From Mobula hypostoma (lineage: Eukaryota), in assembly GCF_963921235.1 (NCBI RefSeq), contig NC_086107.1, positions 107,820,001 through 107,884,000 on the forward strand: a stretch of 64,000 nt of DNA, written 5' to 3'. Positions 1 to 12,223 of the stretch are shown here, piece by piece (position 1 is the stretch's first letter; the number at the start of each line of letters is the position of its first letter). Under the pieces are notes generated by a model. It ran no database searches, was not told the DNA's origin, and worked only from the letters and a program-made list of their open reading frames with translations. The translations under genes were made by a program, and so were the position numbers.

Positions 1-289
1 TTCTCCCTCAGATCTGAAAGCTGGGTGGTCATCCTGCTCTTGGGTCCTCAGTGCAGGCCAACCTCCTGCTTATGCCCAGGAGGTTCATTGGAGAGGGAGG
101 ATAGGGAAGAAGGTGGCAGGAGAAATGAAAGCTGGTCAGAGTGGGTCAATTCTAACTGCATTCCTTTTCTCAGGGATGTAGTTCTGCACCCCTCACACAT
201 CACTGCCTCCAACTTGCCATCTCACGGGCAATTCAGTGATAGCAAGATGTGCAATTACGTTGCGTTGTTCCACCACACTAGTGTGTCCA

Positions 290-590
290 TGACACACAGA
301 AGCAGAATTAGGCCATTCGGTTCGGCAGGTCAGCTCCACCATTCCATTATGGCTGATTTATCATCCCCCTCAACTGCACTCTCCGGCCTTCTCCCCTTAA
401 CCTTTGACAACTTAACCATGGACTTATCAACCTCAGCTTTAAACGTACCCAATGGCATGGCCTCCACTGCCGTCTATAGCAATGAATTCCACAGATTCAC
501 CATCCTCTGGCTAAAAAAAAATCCTTCTGTCTCTGTTCTGAAAGGATGTCGTTCTATTCTGAGGCTACACCCTCTGGTCCTAGACTCCCC
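290..590 (-). mobile_element. CR1-type LINE 3' fragment
   Basis: Antisense of the CR1 C-terminal motif (FFSQRMVNLWNSL) plus 3' UTR, recurring throughout the window. Confidence 0.8.
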
Positions 591-1169
591 ACATTTGCAG
601 TGATACTGAAAGTGGCCACTGTGTGACACAGCCTGCATTTTTATAGCATCTACTGTTGTAATTTATTCCCAGGGGACATCAAAAGTTAAAAACTAAAATC
701 AACACGCATTAGGAGATAAAGGCAAAGACCAAAAGCCTAATCAAAGAATTAGTTGTTGATGGCCGCCTTAAAGGGAAGTCACAAGGATTTTAGGGAGAGT
801 TTTCTAAAGCTTGGGGGTCAGACAGTTGAAGGCGTGGCCATCAATGAAAGATCGATTATATTTTAAAACGATCAAGAGACTGGAATTCTAGCGGAGATTT
901 CAGAGGACTGAAGGAGGTACAAGATAGTGTCAGACATGAAGACAAGGGTGAAAAACTTTACGTTGGCTAGCTTGCCAAGCAGTAGATGGGCGCCATTCAG
1001 TGCAAGTTAGGGCAAGGGCAGCAATTTTGAGCAATTTAGGGTTTATGGAGGTGGATTTAGGAGGCCAGATGAGAGTGCATTGGAACTGTTGACTGGAGAT
1101 TGCTCATGATCAGAAAAAAAACAAGCTTTAGATCAAGTACGGAGCCAGCACCCAAACTGGACAAGCGTG

Positions 1170-1500
1170 CCTTCTCTCTTATGAATTTTGTGACGCAACT
1201 TTTCGTAACTCCAAAGAGCTTTACAGCTAACGAAGTTCTTTCTAAGTGTCAGCATTGATGTAATGTTGGAAACAACGGCAAATTTGTATACAGAAGCCAG
1301 CAATGTGCTTTTCGGAAGACTGCTCGATGGTCAAATATTGACAAGAACAGTATCCATCCCTTTTCTTCCGATTCATACAGTCTTCTACTGAAAGCGATAC
1401 CTGGGCTACTGGTCCAAAAGACACCACCTCCAACAATGCAGCAGTCCCTCGGTACTACATTGGTAAAGTCAGCCTAGCTGGATCTTGCGGTTTAAGCTGA
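1170..1500 (-). mobile_element. Deu-domain SINE-like fragment
   Basis: Reverse complement contains gtagtaccgagggactgctgcattgttggaggtggtgtcttt, a Deu-core-like motif. Related pieces at ~5490-5630 and ~18110-18360. Confidence 0.5.
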
Positions 1501-3090
1501 GACGAATCCACCAAGAGAACTAGCTCATAAGCCCTGTCTGACAACTTGTAGACAACAGCACGTGTATGGAGAAAAGAGTGAACAGTAATTGATGACTAAA
1601 GTTTGGTTCACCTCGCTATTAGTATAGCGAAAACAAAGCAGTAAGCACACAGAAACATTCCAATTGAAGACCGGGAGCCTGTCTCCGCATTGACAGGCCT
1701 GCCATCTCCTCCGAGGGCCTTCAATGTCACTTGAGTCGAGAGAGCCAGAGCAAGCAAGCCGAGTTTGTGGCTACCTGCCCGAACCCCACCGCAGGTTCCC
1801 AGTGTCTAAACAACCTCTATCCGCCCCACGGAGCTGGGATCTTCTCCGTGCGCAAGCATCTGCTGCTGGTGAACATTATTCGGACGATTTGGCGTTTGCA
1901 CCTCCCAAGATCGCCAGTGAATTTACCAGTAATTCACACAAAACGATGGACCCTAGGCGTGATTTCCGCCAGGCCCGGCAATGTTCCTTCTATTTCCTTC
2001 TTCTGCTAGTATGGTAGTTAGGGAGTCTGATTTCCCCTTATTGGTTCTTTCTCTACATCCAATTCTTACCTTCATCTAATACTCCCATTGCAACTCATTT
2101 GAACATTTTGACTAATTTGTCCCCGCCTTATTTTTCTTCATTACCTGCTCTTTCCCCCCTCTGTCTTGTTCTCGTCTTCTTTCGCGGCGTCAGTGTCGTT
2201 AAACTCCTTATTCTGTCATCCATTTCGCCTTGCGTACATTGCTTGCATCCGTTTTGTCCGTTTATTGAACTTCTGCTTTTCGTTTCCCCACTGTCCCGAT
2301 CCTCTCCTTCCCACACATCCTCTCCCATTTCTCGCCTTATCCGTCCCCTCAGCGTCCTGCTCTTTCCCTCGCTTTCTCTCCAATCCACAGAAATCCAAGT
2401 GTTGAAGCCCAGCAATCTCGCCAGATCTTTCCCCCCGACATTCAGCCCCATTCCACCGCGGTTCTCCCAACGAAAAATGTGGGGTGGTGGGGGGGAGGAG
2501 TTGACTTTTCACGGGTTGAAAAAGACAAAACCTTTCGACCGAACGTTTTACCTGCCGAGTACGTTACCACCCGGTGGCTCAAACTAACTTGCAACTATTT
2601 TGTCCAATTTATTTATTATGAAGTAACTTTTCGGACGACCAATTAGTCAAAACCTTTAAAACAGCAGGTCTGCAGCTCTCGAAAAACGAATTAGCACACG
2701 CAGATACGCAAGGAAAAAACAGGAAATGCTGGAGACATTTCTTTGTGGTTCAGATTTCCATCCTTTACCACTTCTACATCAACGGACGGGAGTCAGTAGA
2801 GACCGACTGAATCTATGGAGAAAGCTAGGAGGAATATTTAACCCTCTACCCTCCTTCAGTCATACTTTACCCCACATATTTTACTCGCCTTAACAACATT
2901 TTTCTGAAAATCTTACGCTAAATTCAGGATTAAGTAGAAGGAAAATTTATTTATTCTTGTAACAGTGCGTAACAGCGCATGGTTTCTAGTTGAGAGTTTG
3001 TTAAAGAAGGTGGGTAGGTGTGTTAAGTACATTGAGATTCTCGGGGGAGGGGGAACTGAGGGTTTTCTTTATACACATGCAAGGACTCAC

Positions 3091-3482
3091 CTCCACAGTT
3101 TGCCTAGTGTTTTGCTGAGTTCTGCGTTGTGCAGATGTGGGTACTGGTCTGCCAACTTTCTCCGTGCCGCCTGAGCCCATACCATGAAGGCATTCATGGG
3201 TCTCTTCACATGGGGCTTGCTCTTGGAGGATCCGTTGACTCTAACAGGCATGGGGACCAGAGTCCAGTCGTAGCCTTCCAAGACCTGGCTCACAGCCTCT
3301 CTGATGCAAAGGGGGAACTTGTCTTCCTCGCTCTCTCGCTTCCCACTCCCTTCCTCGGTGCCAGCCTGATACTGAGATTTCTCTTCCCCATCGGCAGCAA
3401 AGGACGAGCTGGGAGACAGCACCGAGTCACTCTCAGACCCTCTCGGGCTAGCCACGTCTGACACACTGCGATCATCCGTCAT
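3091..3482 (-). CDS. sox10: SoxE transcription factor, first coding exon (dimerisation domain + N-terminal half of HMG box); best match Sox10
   Basis: Translation [17 protein letters not shown]...[78 protein letters not shown]. It ends at AG|GTGAGT (donor 3090-3085), the conserved phase-2 SoxE intron in W-R-L. KSKPH, GYDWT and the lack of the Sox9 MNLLDPFMK start favour Sox10 over Sox9/Sox8. The next exon is not in the window. Confidence 0.88.
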
Positions 3483-3609
3483 TCTCTTTTCCAATTTTTC
3501 CCCTTTCAAAAAAAAACACCCCGGAATTTTGTGATTACTAACGGCGAACAAGAGAAAAAAAATGATTTTTTCGCTTTTCCACGTTCACACACACACACAA
3601 AAAAAAAGT

Positions 3610-3650
3610 CTGCAGGCACGGAGAACGGGGGCGGGGGGAAAGAAGATTTT
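3610..3650 (-). other. Candidate 3' splice acceptor upstream of the ATG exon
   Basis: Minus strand TCTTCTTTCCCCCCGCCCCCGTTCTCCGTGCCTGCAG|A: polypyrimidine tract plus CAG, 127 nt before the ATG. Confidence 0.5.
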
Positions 3651-3982
3651 CTTTCCTGAAGTTGTCAAACTTGTTTTTGCAAGTTAAGATTTGTCAAAGT
3701 TAGATCGTAACGTATCCACAGAGTCTTCGACAAAAAAAACTTAGATTATTTAAAAGTTTTCCCCCCCCCTGATTTACATCGAACCTCTTATTTCAGGTTT
3801 TGTTTAATTTTAAAAAAAGCCGGGCAAATGATCCTGCTGCAGTAACTCTCGGCACAGTTGCAGACCTATGATGTTTGCGCAACCATACAACAAGCGAAGA
3901 GAGAGAAAAAAAAATCTGCTCTGCTCTCCGAAACACACGTGAATTTAACCAAAAGAAACTTTGGAGCTCTCGGCTCCCTTCC

Positions 3983-4090
3983 TTTAAATATAATGCTCAA
4001 CCCCACGGTCCAATCTCTCATTGCCATTGGCTAAACTGGCTGCCAGACCTACACGCCCATTGGCTTCTTTCCCCCATAGCGGGTGGGGTC
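3983..4090 (-). promoter_or_regulatory. Candidate sox10 proximal promoter
   Basis: Minus-strand TATATTTAAA (3992-3983), AGCCAAT boxes at ~4026-4032 and ~4059-4065, an opposite-strand CCAAT at 4010-4014 and a GC/GT box at ~4080-4088. Repeat-free, CpG-retaining context. Confidence 0.7.
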
Positions 4091-4324
4091 TAGTTCTGAC
4101 TCCTCCCGTGAAAGGCGGTGACCTGGAGGAATTAGCGAAATTATCAGAAAAGATTTTAAGGAAGCTTTAAGATTTAGAGAGAAAAAGAGAGACATAGATA
4201 AATATCCACAGCATATTATGCATTCCTTGGCGACTTTGATATTTTGAAACTTAGAAAGAATGCTTTCTTTCAGTTTTAGAACTATAAAGTCAACAGGTGA
4301 GCCTGCCAATTGGACTTGAATTAA

Positions 4325-4460
4325 CGTGATGAAAGGTTTCGCCCGAAACATCCACTATTTCCTTTTCCATAGATACGCCCTTACCTGCTAAGGTCCTCCA
4401 GCATTTTGTGTGTGTGTTACCCACGATTTCCAGCATCTGCAGAATCTCTTGTATTTATGA
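4325..4460 (+). mobile_element. Penelope-type 3' terminal repeat fragment with decayed hammerhead core
   Basis: gtgatgaaaggtttcgcccgaaacatcc followed by the family tail (...tcctccagcattttgtgtgtg...tttccagcatctgcagaatctc). Confidence 0.65.
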
Positions 4461-4669
4461 ATTCATCCATTGGACTAGTGCCCTTGGTCCTTGTGTATCC
4501 TAGAGCTCTTGGATCCTCAAGGCTTGATGCAATCACAGAATAGTCTTCATTCCTGCTTCCTGAAACGTAAGGTTGTTTGAAGGAAGCTTTAGGAGATCCA
4601 ACTTAAAGCTTGATATTTGCAGCACACCGTGGATGACAGAGCAAGGTTGCTGGGCAAGGTGTTAATACA

Positions 4670-5000
4670 AACTAACTGGTTGCATCACCGTCTGGTCTGG
4701 AGGGGACAGGACAGTTCACAGGATGGAGTAAAAGCTGCAGAAAGTTGTATACTGAGCCAGGTCCATCATCGGCACTAGCCTCCCCAGCACTGAGGATACC
4801 CTTAAAAGGTAATGCCTCAAAAAGGCAGCATCAATCATTAAAGACTCCCATCACCCAGGACATGTCCTCTTCTTATTACTACCATCGTTTTAGAAACATC
4901 TTCTTTCTTATTGTTATTTATAGTATTTTTGCGCAAGACAACTAAAATTGCAACATAATGCATGATGTATGTCAGGGATAATAAACCTGATTCTGATTCA
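4670..5000 (+). mobile_element. Rex1/Babar-type LINE 3' fragment
   Basis: LTGCITVW / IIKDSHHPGHVLF-like remnants and an aataaacctgattctgattc tail. Confidence 0.7.
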
Positions 5001-5739
5001 AACTAGTTAAAGTCATAAAGAGTTATACAGTATGGATACTAATTTTTGACCAACTGAGTCTGTGTCTGCCATCAACCATCCATTTAGATGAACAGCATTT
5101 TAATCTCATATTCCCACCAACACCCCACAACACTCCACCATTCACTTGTACTCAGTGGCAAATTAACCTACCATCCTGCACCACAGCGGGTTGTGGGAGG
5201 AGGAAGACCCGCAGGAGGAAAGCTCTCGCCCAGGGAAAACCCCACATAATCATGGGGGGAATATGCCAACTCCACACAAGACAAGTTTGAGCCTGGGACA
5301 CAGGAGCTGTCAGGTAACAGCTTTTCTTCTAGCTCAACCTTCTCAAAAAAATATCTGGGCAGCTTTTATGAGCACCTCATCTTCCTTTTGCCTTTGTGAA
5401 AGTGCAAAAATTACGTCCATACCCGGTTTCAAACACTGTTATAGATTTTTTTGTGTAAATTGTCTCTGAGTCCAAGCTCATGGGCTTGAGTGTCACTCAG
5501 GAGAAATGAGCAGATCCATGAAGCCATAGATGAGTCCAATACTCATACATTGTCAGAGGTTTGGGATGTGTCCTTAAACTAAGGACTTGTCTGCTCTCTT
5601 GAATGGATGTAAAAAATTCTGTGGCATACAGGTCAGGATCACAATCAGGTTTAATATCTCTGACGTATGTCATGAGACTTGTTCTTTTGCGGCAGCGGTA
5701 TAAAAATGCTATAAGTTACAATAATAAATAAATATTTAT

Positions 5740-6080
5740 ATGCTTGCTTACTTACTACCTGTTACACCGTCGGTGTTTAGGGCAGCAGTGAAGGGCCACT
5801 ACCTCTGTATGTTCATACCATCACACACAGATATAGAAGGATTCTTCATTGCTGCCTCTGTAACAGTTCTGTTTTACCAGTCAGGGTTGTTAGTCCTGAG
5901 CTGAACTCCTAAACCTGGGCAACCAGTGGACCACTCGTAGTCTGGCCTCTACCCTTTGACCTGTTTGGCATGGGTGACCCTACCAAGGGCCAAAGCATAA
6001 AGCCCTGACTCCAGCCAGCATCACTCTCCGGGTCATTGAGGCGTGCAAGCACCTAAACCCTACCACAGGGTTATGGTCCT
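5740..6080 (-). mobile_element. Non-autonomous bipartite RTE-derived element
   Basis: Homologous to 23079-23390. Its 3' end matches the RTE fragment tail at 12140-12223. Confidence 0.65.
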
Positions 6081-6099
6081 CTTGAAGAAAAAATATTAT

Positions 6100-6400
6100 C
6101 TTTACAAGTTGTGCAGAAAGAGAGCAGAAATAGTGAGGTGGTGATAATGGGTTGGTTCATTGTCTGTTCAGAAATCTGATAGAGGAGGGGAAGTGACTGT
6201 TCATAAAACATTGAGTGTGTGTCTTCAGGCTCCTGTACATCCTCTCTGTGGTAGTAATGAGAAGAAGGCAAGTCCTGTGTGATGGGGGATCTTAATGATG
6301 GATGCTGCCTTTTTGAGGCATCACCTCTTGAAGAGTCCTCAATGTTGGGAAGGCTAATATTAGCAATGGAGCTGGCAGAATTTTCAACCACCCAACAGCT
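6100..6400 (-). mobile_element. Rex1/Babar-type LINE 3' fragment
   Basis: Same C-terminal remnant as the other copies (caggaggtacaggagcctgaagacacacactc). Confidence 0.7.
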
Positions 6401-6509
6401 TTTGAAAAGTGATAGTGACGTGTTTCTTTGGATTTACTGTGAATGCCCGCAAGAAAACGAATCTCAGGGTTGTATATGTACCTTGAATATTAATTTACTT
6501 TGAACTTTA

Positions 6510-6700
6510 TGGTAGTGCAGCCACACAGCTTCAGCAACCCAGGTTTAATCTTGGACTTCGGTGCTGTCTCTGAGGAGTTTGCATGCTCTCTCTATAATAG
6601 TTTGCCAAAGATATGTTCTTTGCCAGGTTAATTGGCTACTGTAAATCATCTGTCATGTAGGTGGTGGCAGGAGAGTTAGGAATATGAATGTAAGAGGAAT
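6510..6700 (+). mobile_element. HE1/V-SINE-like tRNA-derived SINE fragment
   Basis: ggtgctgtctctgaggagtttgcatgctctc...aggttaattggc core. Relatives at ~5150-5330(-), 9200-9450(-), 21120-21380(-), 26420-26610(+), 47510-47690(+), 52530-52720(+), 53480-53700(-), 61640-61920(-). Confidence 0.6.
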
Positions 6701-9700
6701 AATTGCTTCTAGCGTAGGAGGATTCAAGATTCAAGATTCAAGTTTATTTGTCATGTGTACATCAGGACCCCCACCACCCAGAACATGCTCTCTTCTCACT
6801 GCTGCTATCAAGGAGAAGGTACAAGAGCCTCATGACACACACTACCAGCTTCAGAAACATTTTGTTACCCCTCAACTGTCAGGTTTTTGAACCAAAGGGG
6901 TAACTTCACTTGTCCCACCATTGAAATGTTCCCACAACATATAGACTTACTTTTAAGGTCTCTTCATCTCTTGTTCTCAATACTTATTGCTTATTTATTT
7001 ATTATTATTATTTCTTCTTTTTGCATTTGCACATTTTGTTGTCTTCTGCACTCTGGTTGAATACCCTAGTTGGGCAGTCTCTCATTGATTCTGTTATAGT
7101 TATTATTCTATAGATTTATTGAGAATGCCCATTAGAAAATGAATCACAGGGCTGTACATGGTAACATATATGTACTTTGATAATAAAATCTACTTTGAGC
7201 TTTGAAGCATAGAGTAAGATATGACATTTGATGGTTGACATGGATGCAGTGGGTTGAGGCACCTGTTTCTGAGCTCCGCTAATTTAAAGAAAAGCAGGAA
7301 TGTTCTTAGTGTCGCAGCTAATAACTATTCATTGACCAATATCTCTTTAAAACAGTTACCGTGTTCCTGTTTGTGGAAACTTACTGTGTATAAATCTATT
7401 GTCTTGTTTGCTACAGCATACTGCACTTCAGAAAGTCAATGTTCGTGGATTGCTTCCTGAGACCGTGACAGTTGCTGCAGGAATGTAAGTTTTCTTTTCT
7501 GCTTAGAACTGTCACAAACTATATGTGTGCCAGTCCTAATCTACTTTCCACCATTGTTACAGCATAGAAGGAACCCATTTGTCCCATTGAGTCTGTTCTA
7601 AATAATCCAATCTATCTCATTCCCTCTTTTTGCATTATCTTATGAATTATGGTTTCACACTCTATTTAAATCCCTCCTTGAATCTGTTTTCCTCAACTCT
7701 TATCTACATAAAAACAATCTTGCAATCACCACCTATGTTTTAACGAACATTTTAAATGTATGCCTTTTGGCTCTTGAACCATCTGCTAATGGGGGACTTC
7801 TTCCTTACCCAGTCATGATCTGTCCAAGTCATGGCATGAGCTCCATGACAGGGAGGAAGCTGACAGATCATTAAGGGTTCTAATGATAGGTCATTGCTCT
7901 GAAATATTTAGTGGTTTTCTCTTGTCACAGATGCTGCCTGACTTGCTGGTTGTTTTCTCTTTTTATTTATGTTGTTTTTTTCACTCTTGTGAAATCTCCT
8001 TTTTTATTCTTTGCTCAAAGGTTACAATCCTGGCTCCTCCTATGTACCCTGATGCCCTCAACCCTGGAACCCTTCTAATACATTTCTTCTGTACCCACCC
8101 TGGAGTTTCAATATCCTTCCTAAACTGTGCTGACCAGAACTGGAAGCAGTACTCCAATTGCAACCTAGTGATTCTTTTTGTACAGATTTATTATAACATC
8201 CCTGCATATTATAATAACATTGCTAACATCAGGAAGGAGGTACAGGAGCCTGAAGACACACACTCAATGATTCAGGAACAGCTTTTTCCCCTCTGCCATC
8301 CGATTTCTGAATGGACATTGAATCCATAAACACTACTTCACTATTTTTTAACTTTTATTTTTGTACTACTTATTTAATTTAGCTATTATATATATGCTTA
8401 CTGTAATTCACATTTTTTTCTCCATTATTATGTGTTGCATTGTACTGCTGCTGCAAAGGCAATAAATTTCACTCTATATGTCGGTAATATTAGACCTGAT
8501 TCTGATTCTGAAATCTTGTATGACATATTGTTTTCTAACAGTTCTCATAATATTTCTTTTAAACATTTAGCACAAATACATCCAGATCCCTCTGATTCTG
8601 TGCGCCCTTCAGAACTGTGTTATTTCATCTCTTTTGATTTTCTTATTACTTTTGTCAAAGTTTATTACTTCATACTTTGTATTAAACTTCATTTGCCACT
8701 TGTCCACTCTGCTTGTTTATCTATACCTTCTTCCAGTCTATTAATTTACTCTTTAATATTTGCCTTATCTCCAAGTTTGAAATCATCTACAGAATTTGAA
8801 ATGGAGATGAAGAGGAATTTATTTTGCTAGGGCGTGGTGAATCTGTGGAATTCTATGCCACATGCAACTGTGGAGACCAAGTCATTTGGTATACCTAAGA
8901 CAGAGGATGATAGATTCTTGATTAGTTAGGGCATGAAAAGATACGGGGAGGAGCAGGAGATTGGGGCTAAGAGGAAACCTGAAACGGCGGAGCAGACTCG
9001 ATGGACCAAATGGCCTAATTCTGCTCCTATATCTTACGGTCTTATATTAGACTCCAAGCCCTTAGTCAAGTCAACTACATCAAAGAAAATCAATAATCTT
9101 AGGATCCACCTCTGTGGGACATCACCTCGCCATTTTCAATCCTAAACAAATGTTTCCTTTCTAATATATCTCTGACCCTTTTCTTTATTTTTTATTTAAT
9201 GATACAGTGCGGAATAGGGCCTACCAGCCTTTTGAGCCGCGTTGCCCCACCAACCCGAATTTAGTACTAACCTAATCACAGGACAGTTTACAATTAACGT
9301 ACCCAGAACATCTTTGGAGTGTGGGAGGAAACCGGATCACCCAGGGAAAACCCATATATTCCAGGGAAGGACATACAGAGACTCTCTCATCTGAATTCCG
9401 ATGCCCCGAGCTATAATAGTGCCCAACTAACCTCTGTACTACTCTGGCACCTGCTTACCAGCTTCTGTGTCAAGGACTTCTGAAAATACACATGAATGAT
9501 ATTCATTGCATTCCCTTCACTGCTGTTGTCCGTTCTCTTGTCAAAAGGTTTACACAAATAAGATTTATTTTTTAACAAATCTACATTGGCTGTCAATTAT
9601 TAACTCAAAATATTCCCAGAATAATTTTTCCATCAGTTATTGTCTCTATAAGCTTCTTCACCATTGATGTTAAACTGACAGATCTGTAGCTACCAGGAAT

Positions 9701-9759
9701 GATTCTGCATCCCTTTTGAACAAGGTTGCCACATTTGGCACCTTCCTGAAACACGTTGC

Positions 9760-10300
9760 TCCACATTGGTTGGACTGCACTTGGAGTACTGGGAGCAGTT
9801 TTGGGCCCATTTTCTGAGAAGGGATGTGCTGACATTAGAGACGGTTAAGAGCAGGTTCACTGGAATGATCCCAGAAATGAGAATGGACCTGTACTCACTG
9901 GAGTTTAGAAGAATGAGGTGGGACCTCATTGAAACCTATTGAATATTGAAAGGCCTAGACAGAGTGGATGTTGAAAGGATGTCTCCTATAGTGGGGGAGT
10001 CTAGGACCAGAGGGCACATTCTTAGAAGAGAAGGATGTCCCTTTCAAACAGAGATGAGGAGGAATTTCTTTAGCCAGAGGGTGGTGAATCAATGGAATTC
10101 ATTGCCACAGATGGCCGTGGAGGCCGAGTCATTGAGTATATTTAAAGCAGAGGTTGATAGGTTCTTGGTTAGTAAAGGCGTCAAAGGTTGTGGAGAGAAG
10201 GCAGGAGAGTGGAGTTGAGAGGGATAATAAATCAGCCACGATGGAATGGCAGAGATGACTTGGTGAGCCGAATGGCTGAATGGGTCTTATGTTTTTATGG
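9760..10300 (+). mobile_element. CR1-type LINE 3' fragment
   Basis: ORF 9946-10218: KGLDRVDVERMSP...TEMRRNFFSQRVVNQWNSLP. An antisense RT fragment (YRSVSLTS) abuts it at ~9480-9750. Confidence 0.85.
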
Positions 10301-10699
10301 TCACATGCCTCAGAATCCTAACTCAGAATGGAAAACTCCAATGCACTCTCAGAATCCACAGCATCTTTTTTGTGGGGTGAGAGTTCTAGATGTAATCCAC
10401 AGATGGGCCTAAGAATTGACACAGCAATAGGTCACTTGGTCTTTCCAATCTGCCTTGCTTGTTTAGAATCTAGCCACCTCTGCCGTAAACATATTCAAAC
10501 ACTTTGCAATTGTCAATACTGAGGATGACGAGATTGCCGTGCTACTCCATTCAGTGTAAAACAACGTACGGGCAACTCAGTTACGAGAATGACTGAACGT
10601 AAAAATAACTTCTGAGTTACGTATTTAGAATGATACCTAGAGTACAACTGGATTAAAAACAACCATTAATTGATTTTAATTAATTGGGAGGACAATATA

Positions 10700-11080
10700 T
10701 TAGAGCATTCTAACTGGATCTATCACCGTCTGGTATGGGGGGGCGGTGTGGGGTGCTATCGCACAGGATCAGAGTAAGCTGCAGTGAGTTGTAAACGTAG
10801 TCTGATCCATCACGGGCACTACCCTCCGCAGTATCCAGGACACTTCAAGGACCAGTGCCTCAAAAAGGGGGCATCCATCATTAAGAACCCCCATCACCCA
10901 GGTCATGCCCTCTTCTCATTGCTATCATCAGGAAAGAGGTACAGGAGGCTGAAGGCACACACTCAACGTTTCAGGAACAGCTCTGCCATCTGATGTCTGA
11001 ATGGACATTGAGCCCATGAACACTGCCTCTCTACTTTTTTTTCCTATTTTTACAACTACTTATTTAACTATTTAATATTG
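10700..11080 (+). mobile_element. Rex1/Babar-type LINE 3' fragment
   Basis: SIIKNPHHPGHALFSLLSSGKRYRRLKAHTQRFRNS. Confidence 0.8.
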
Positions 11081-11877
11081 TATATGTGTGTGTGAGTGCG
11101 TGTATCAGTAAGGTGACAATTCTCAGAGAAGGCACTTCATTAGTTGTATCATCAATAAAGGATTTGCAACAGCTAAAAGGAGAAAGTCAATCCACTAAAT
11201 TGGTTTGTTTGTAACTACTGATTGAGTTTTATTCTTTTTCCAGTTCATGCTGTTGCTGCCACAGAATTGTTTAATTGGAGAGTGTAGAGTGAGCTTTGCT
11301 CTGTATCTAACCTATGTAGTATCCTCCCTGGGAATGTTTAATTATACAGTACAACATAAGTCTCTTCTCAAAGAGTTTGCTGAGACAATGTAGAGTGAAC
11401 TTTATTCTCTTACCAACCTGTGTTGTATCTTTTCCCCTGGAGTGTATGGGAGTTAGAACAATGGAGGTACCGTGGAGAGCACCCGGATTTAGTTGCATCA
11501 CCGTCTGGTAGGGAGCCTCCAATGCACAGGATCGAATAGGCTGCAAAATGTTGCAGACTCAGCCAACTCCATCATGGGCACTAGCCTCCCCATCACCGAG
11601 GGCACCGAGGGTGTACCAAGAAGATCGGATCCATCATTAAGGACCCTCACCATCCAGGACATACCCTCTTCTTATTACTACCTTCAGGCAGAAGGTACAG
11701 GAACCTGAGGACGAACGCTCAATATTTCAGGAACAGCTTCTTTCCCCTCTGCCATCAGACTTCTGAATGGTCCATGAATTCTACCTCACTATTTTGCTCC
11801 CATTTTACTATTTTTGTACTATTTATATTTTTATATATATTTCACGTTGTGATTTATAGTAATATTTTAGTATTGCA

Positions 11878-12223
11878 GATGCTCCATATTTTCTGTCCAT
11901 GAAGGATCTCCAACCACGCCTTACTCTTTCAGCGTCACCAAGAGGACATGGCCACAATCATCATGTTGGCGATGGGTTGGGCATGTGATGAGAAGAGAGG
12001 CCAACTCCATCTTCGAAACAGCACTTCATTGGACCCCTGAATGGAGGAAACGCGGGAGACCAAAGACAACTTGGCGCCATACAGTAGAGGCAGAAATGAG
12101 GACCCTGAACCACATCTGGGTCACAATAGAGAAGATGGCCAAGGACAGACAGAGATGGAGGTCCTTCCTTGCTGTCCTAAATGCCAGTGATGCCAGTGGC
12201 ATAATGGGCAGTAACTAATTAAC
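11878..12223 (+). mobile_element. RTE-clade LINE 3' fragment inserted in a Rex1-type copy (11470-12300)
   Basis: TALHWTPEWRKRGRPKTTWRHTVEAEM...AKDRQRWRSF. 12-bp TSD TTTAGTATTGCA at 11866-11877 and 12224-12235. Confidence 0.85.

Noticed and set aside
25..603. 192-aa plus-strand ORF
   Set aside because: The second half is antisense CR1 sequence, there is no domain and no ATG start, and it lies in the sox10 intron.
2099..2587. 162-aa Leu/Ser/Pro-rich ORF and overlapping antisense ORFs
   Set aside because: Artefact of a pyrimidine-rich low-complexity tract.
1..3084. Search for the next SoxE exon (LLNESDKRPF...)
   Set aside because: No such peptide in any listed frame, so it lies outside the window.
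3483..3551. N-terminal extension of the SoxE ORF in the ORF track
   Set aside because: Starts at a non-ATG codon in low-complexity UTR; the ATG at 3482 fits SoxE N-termini.
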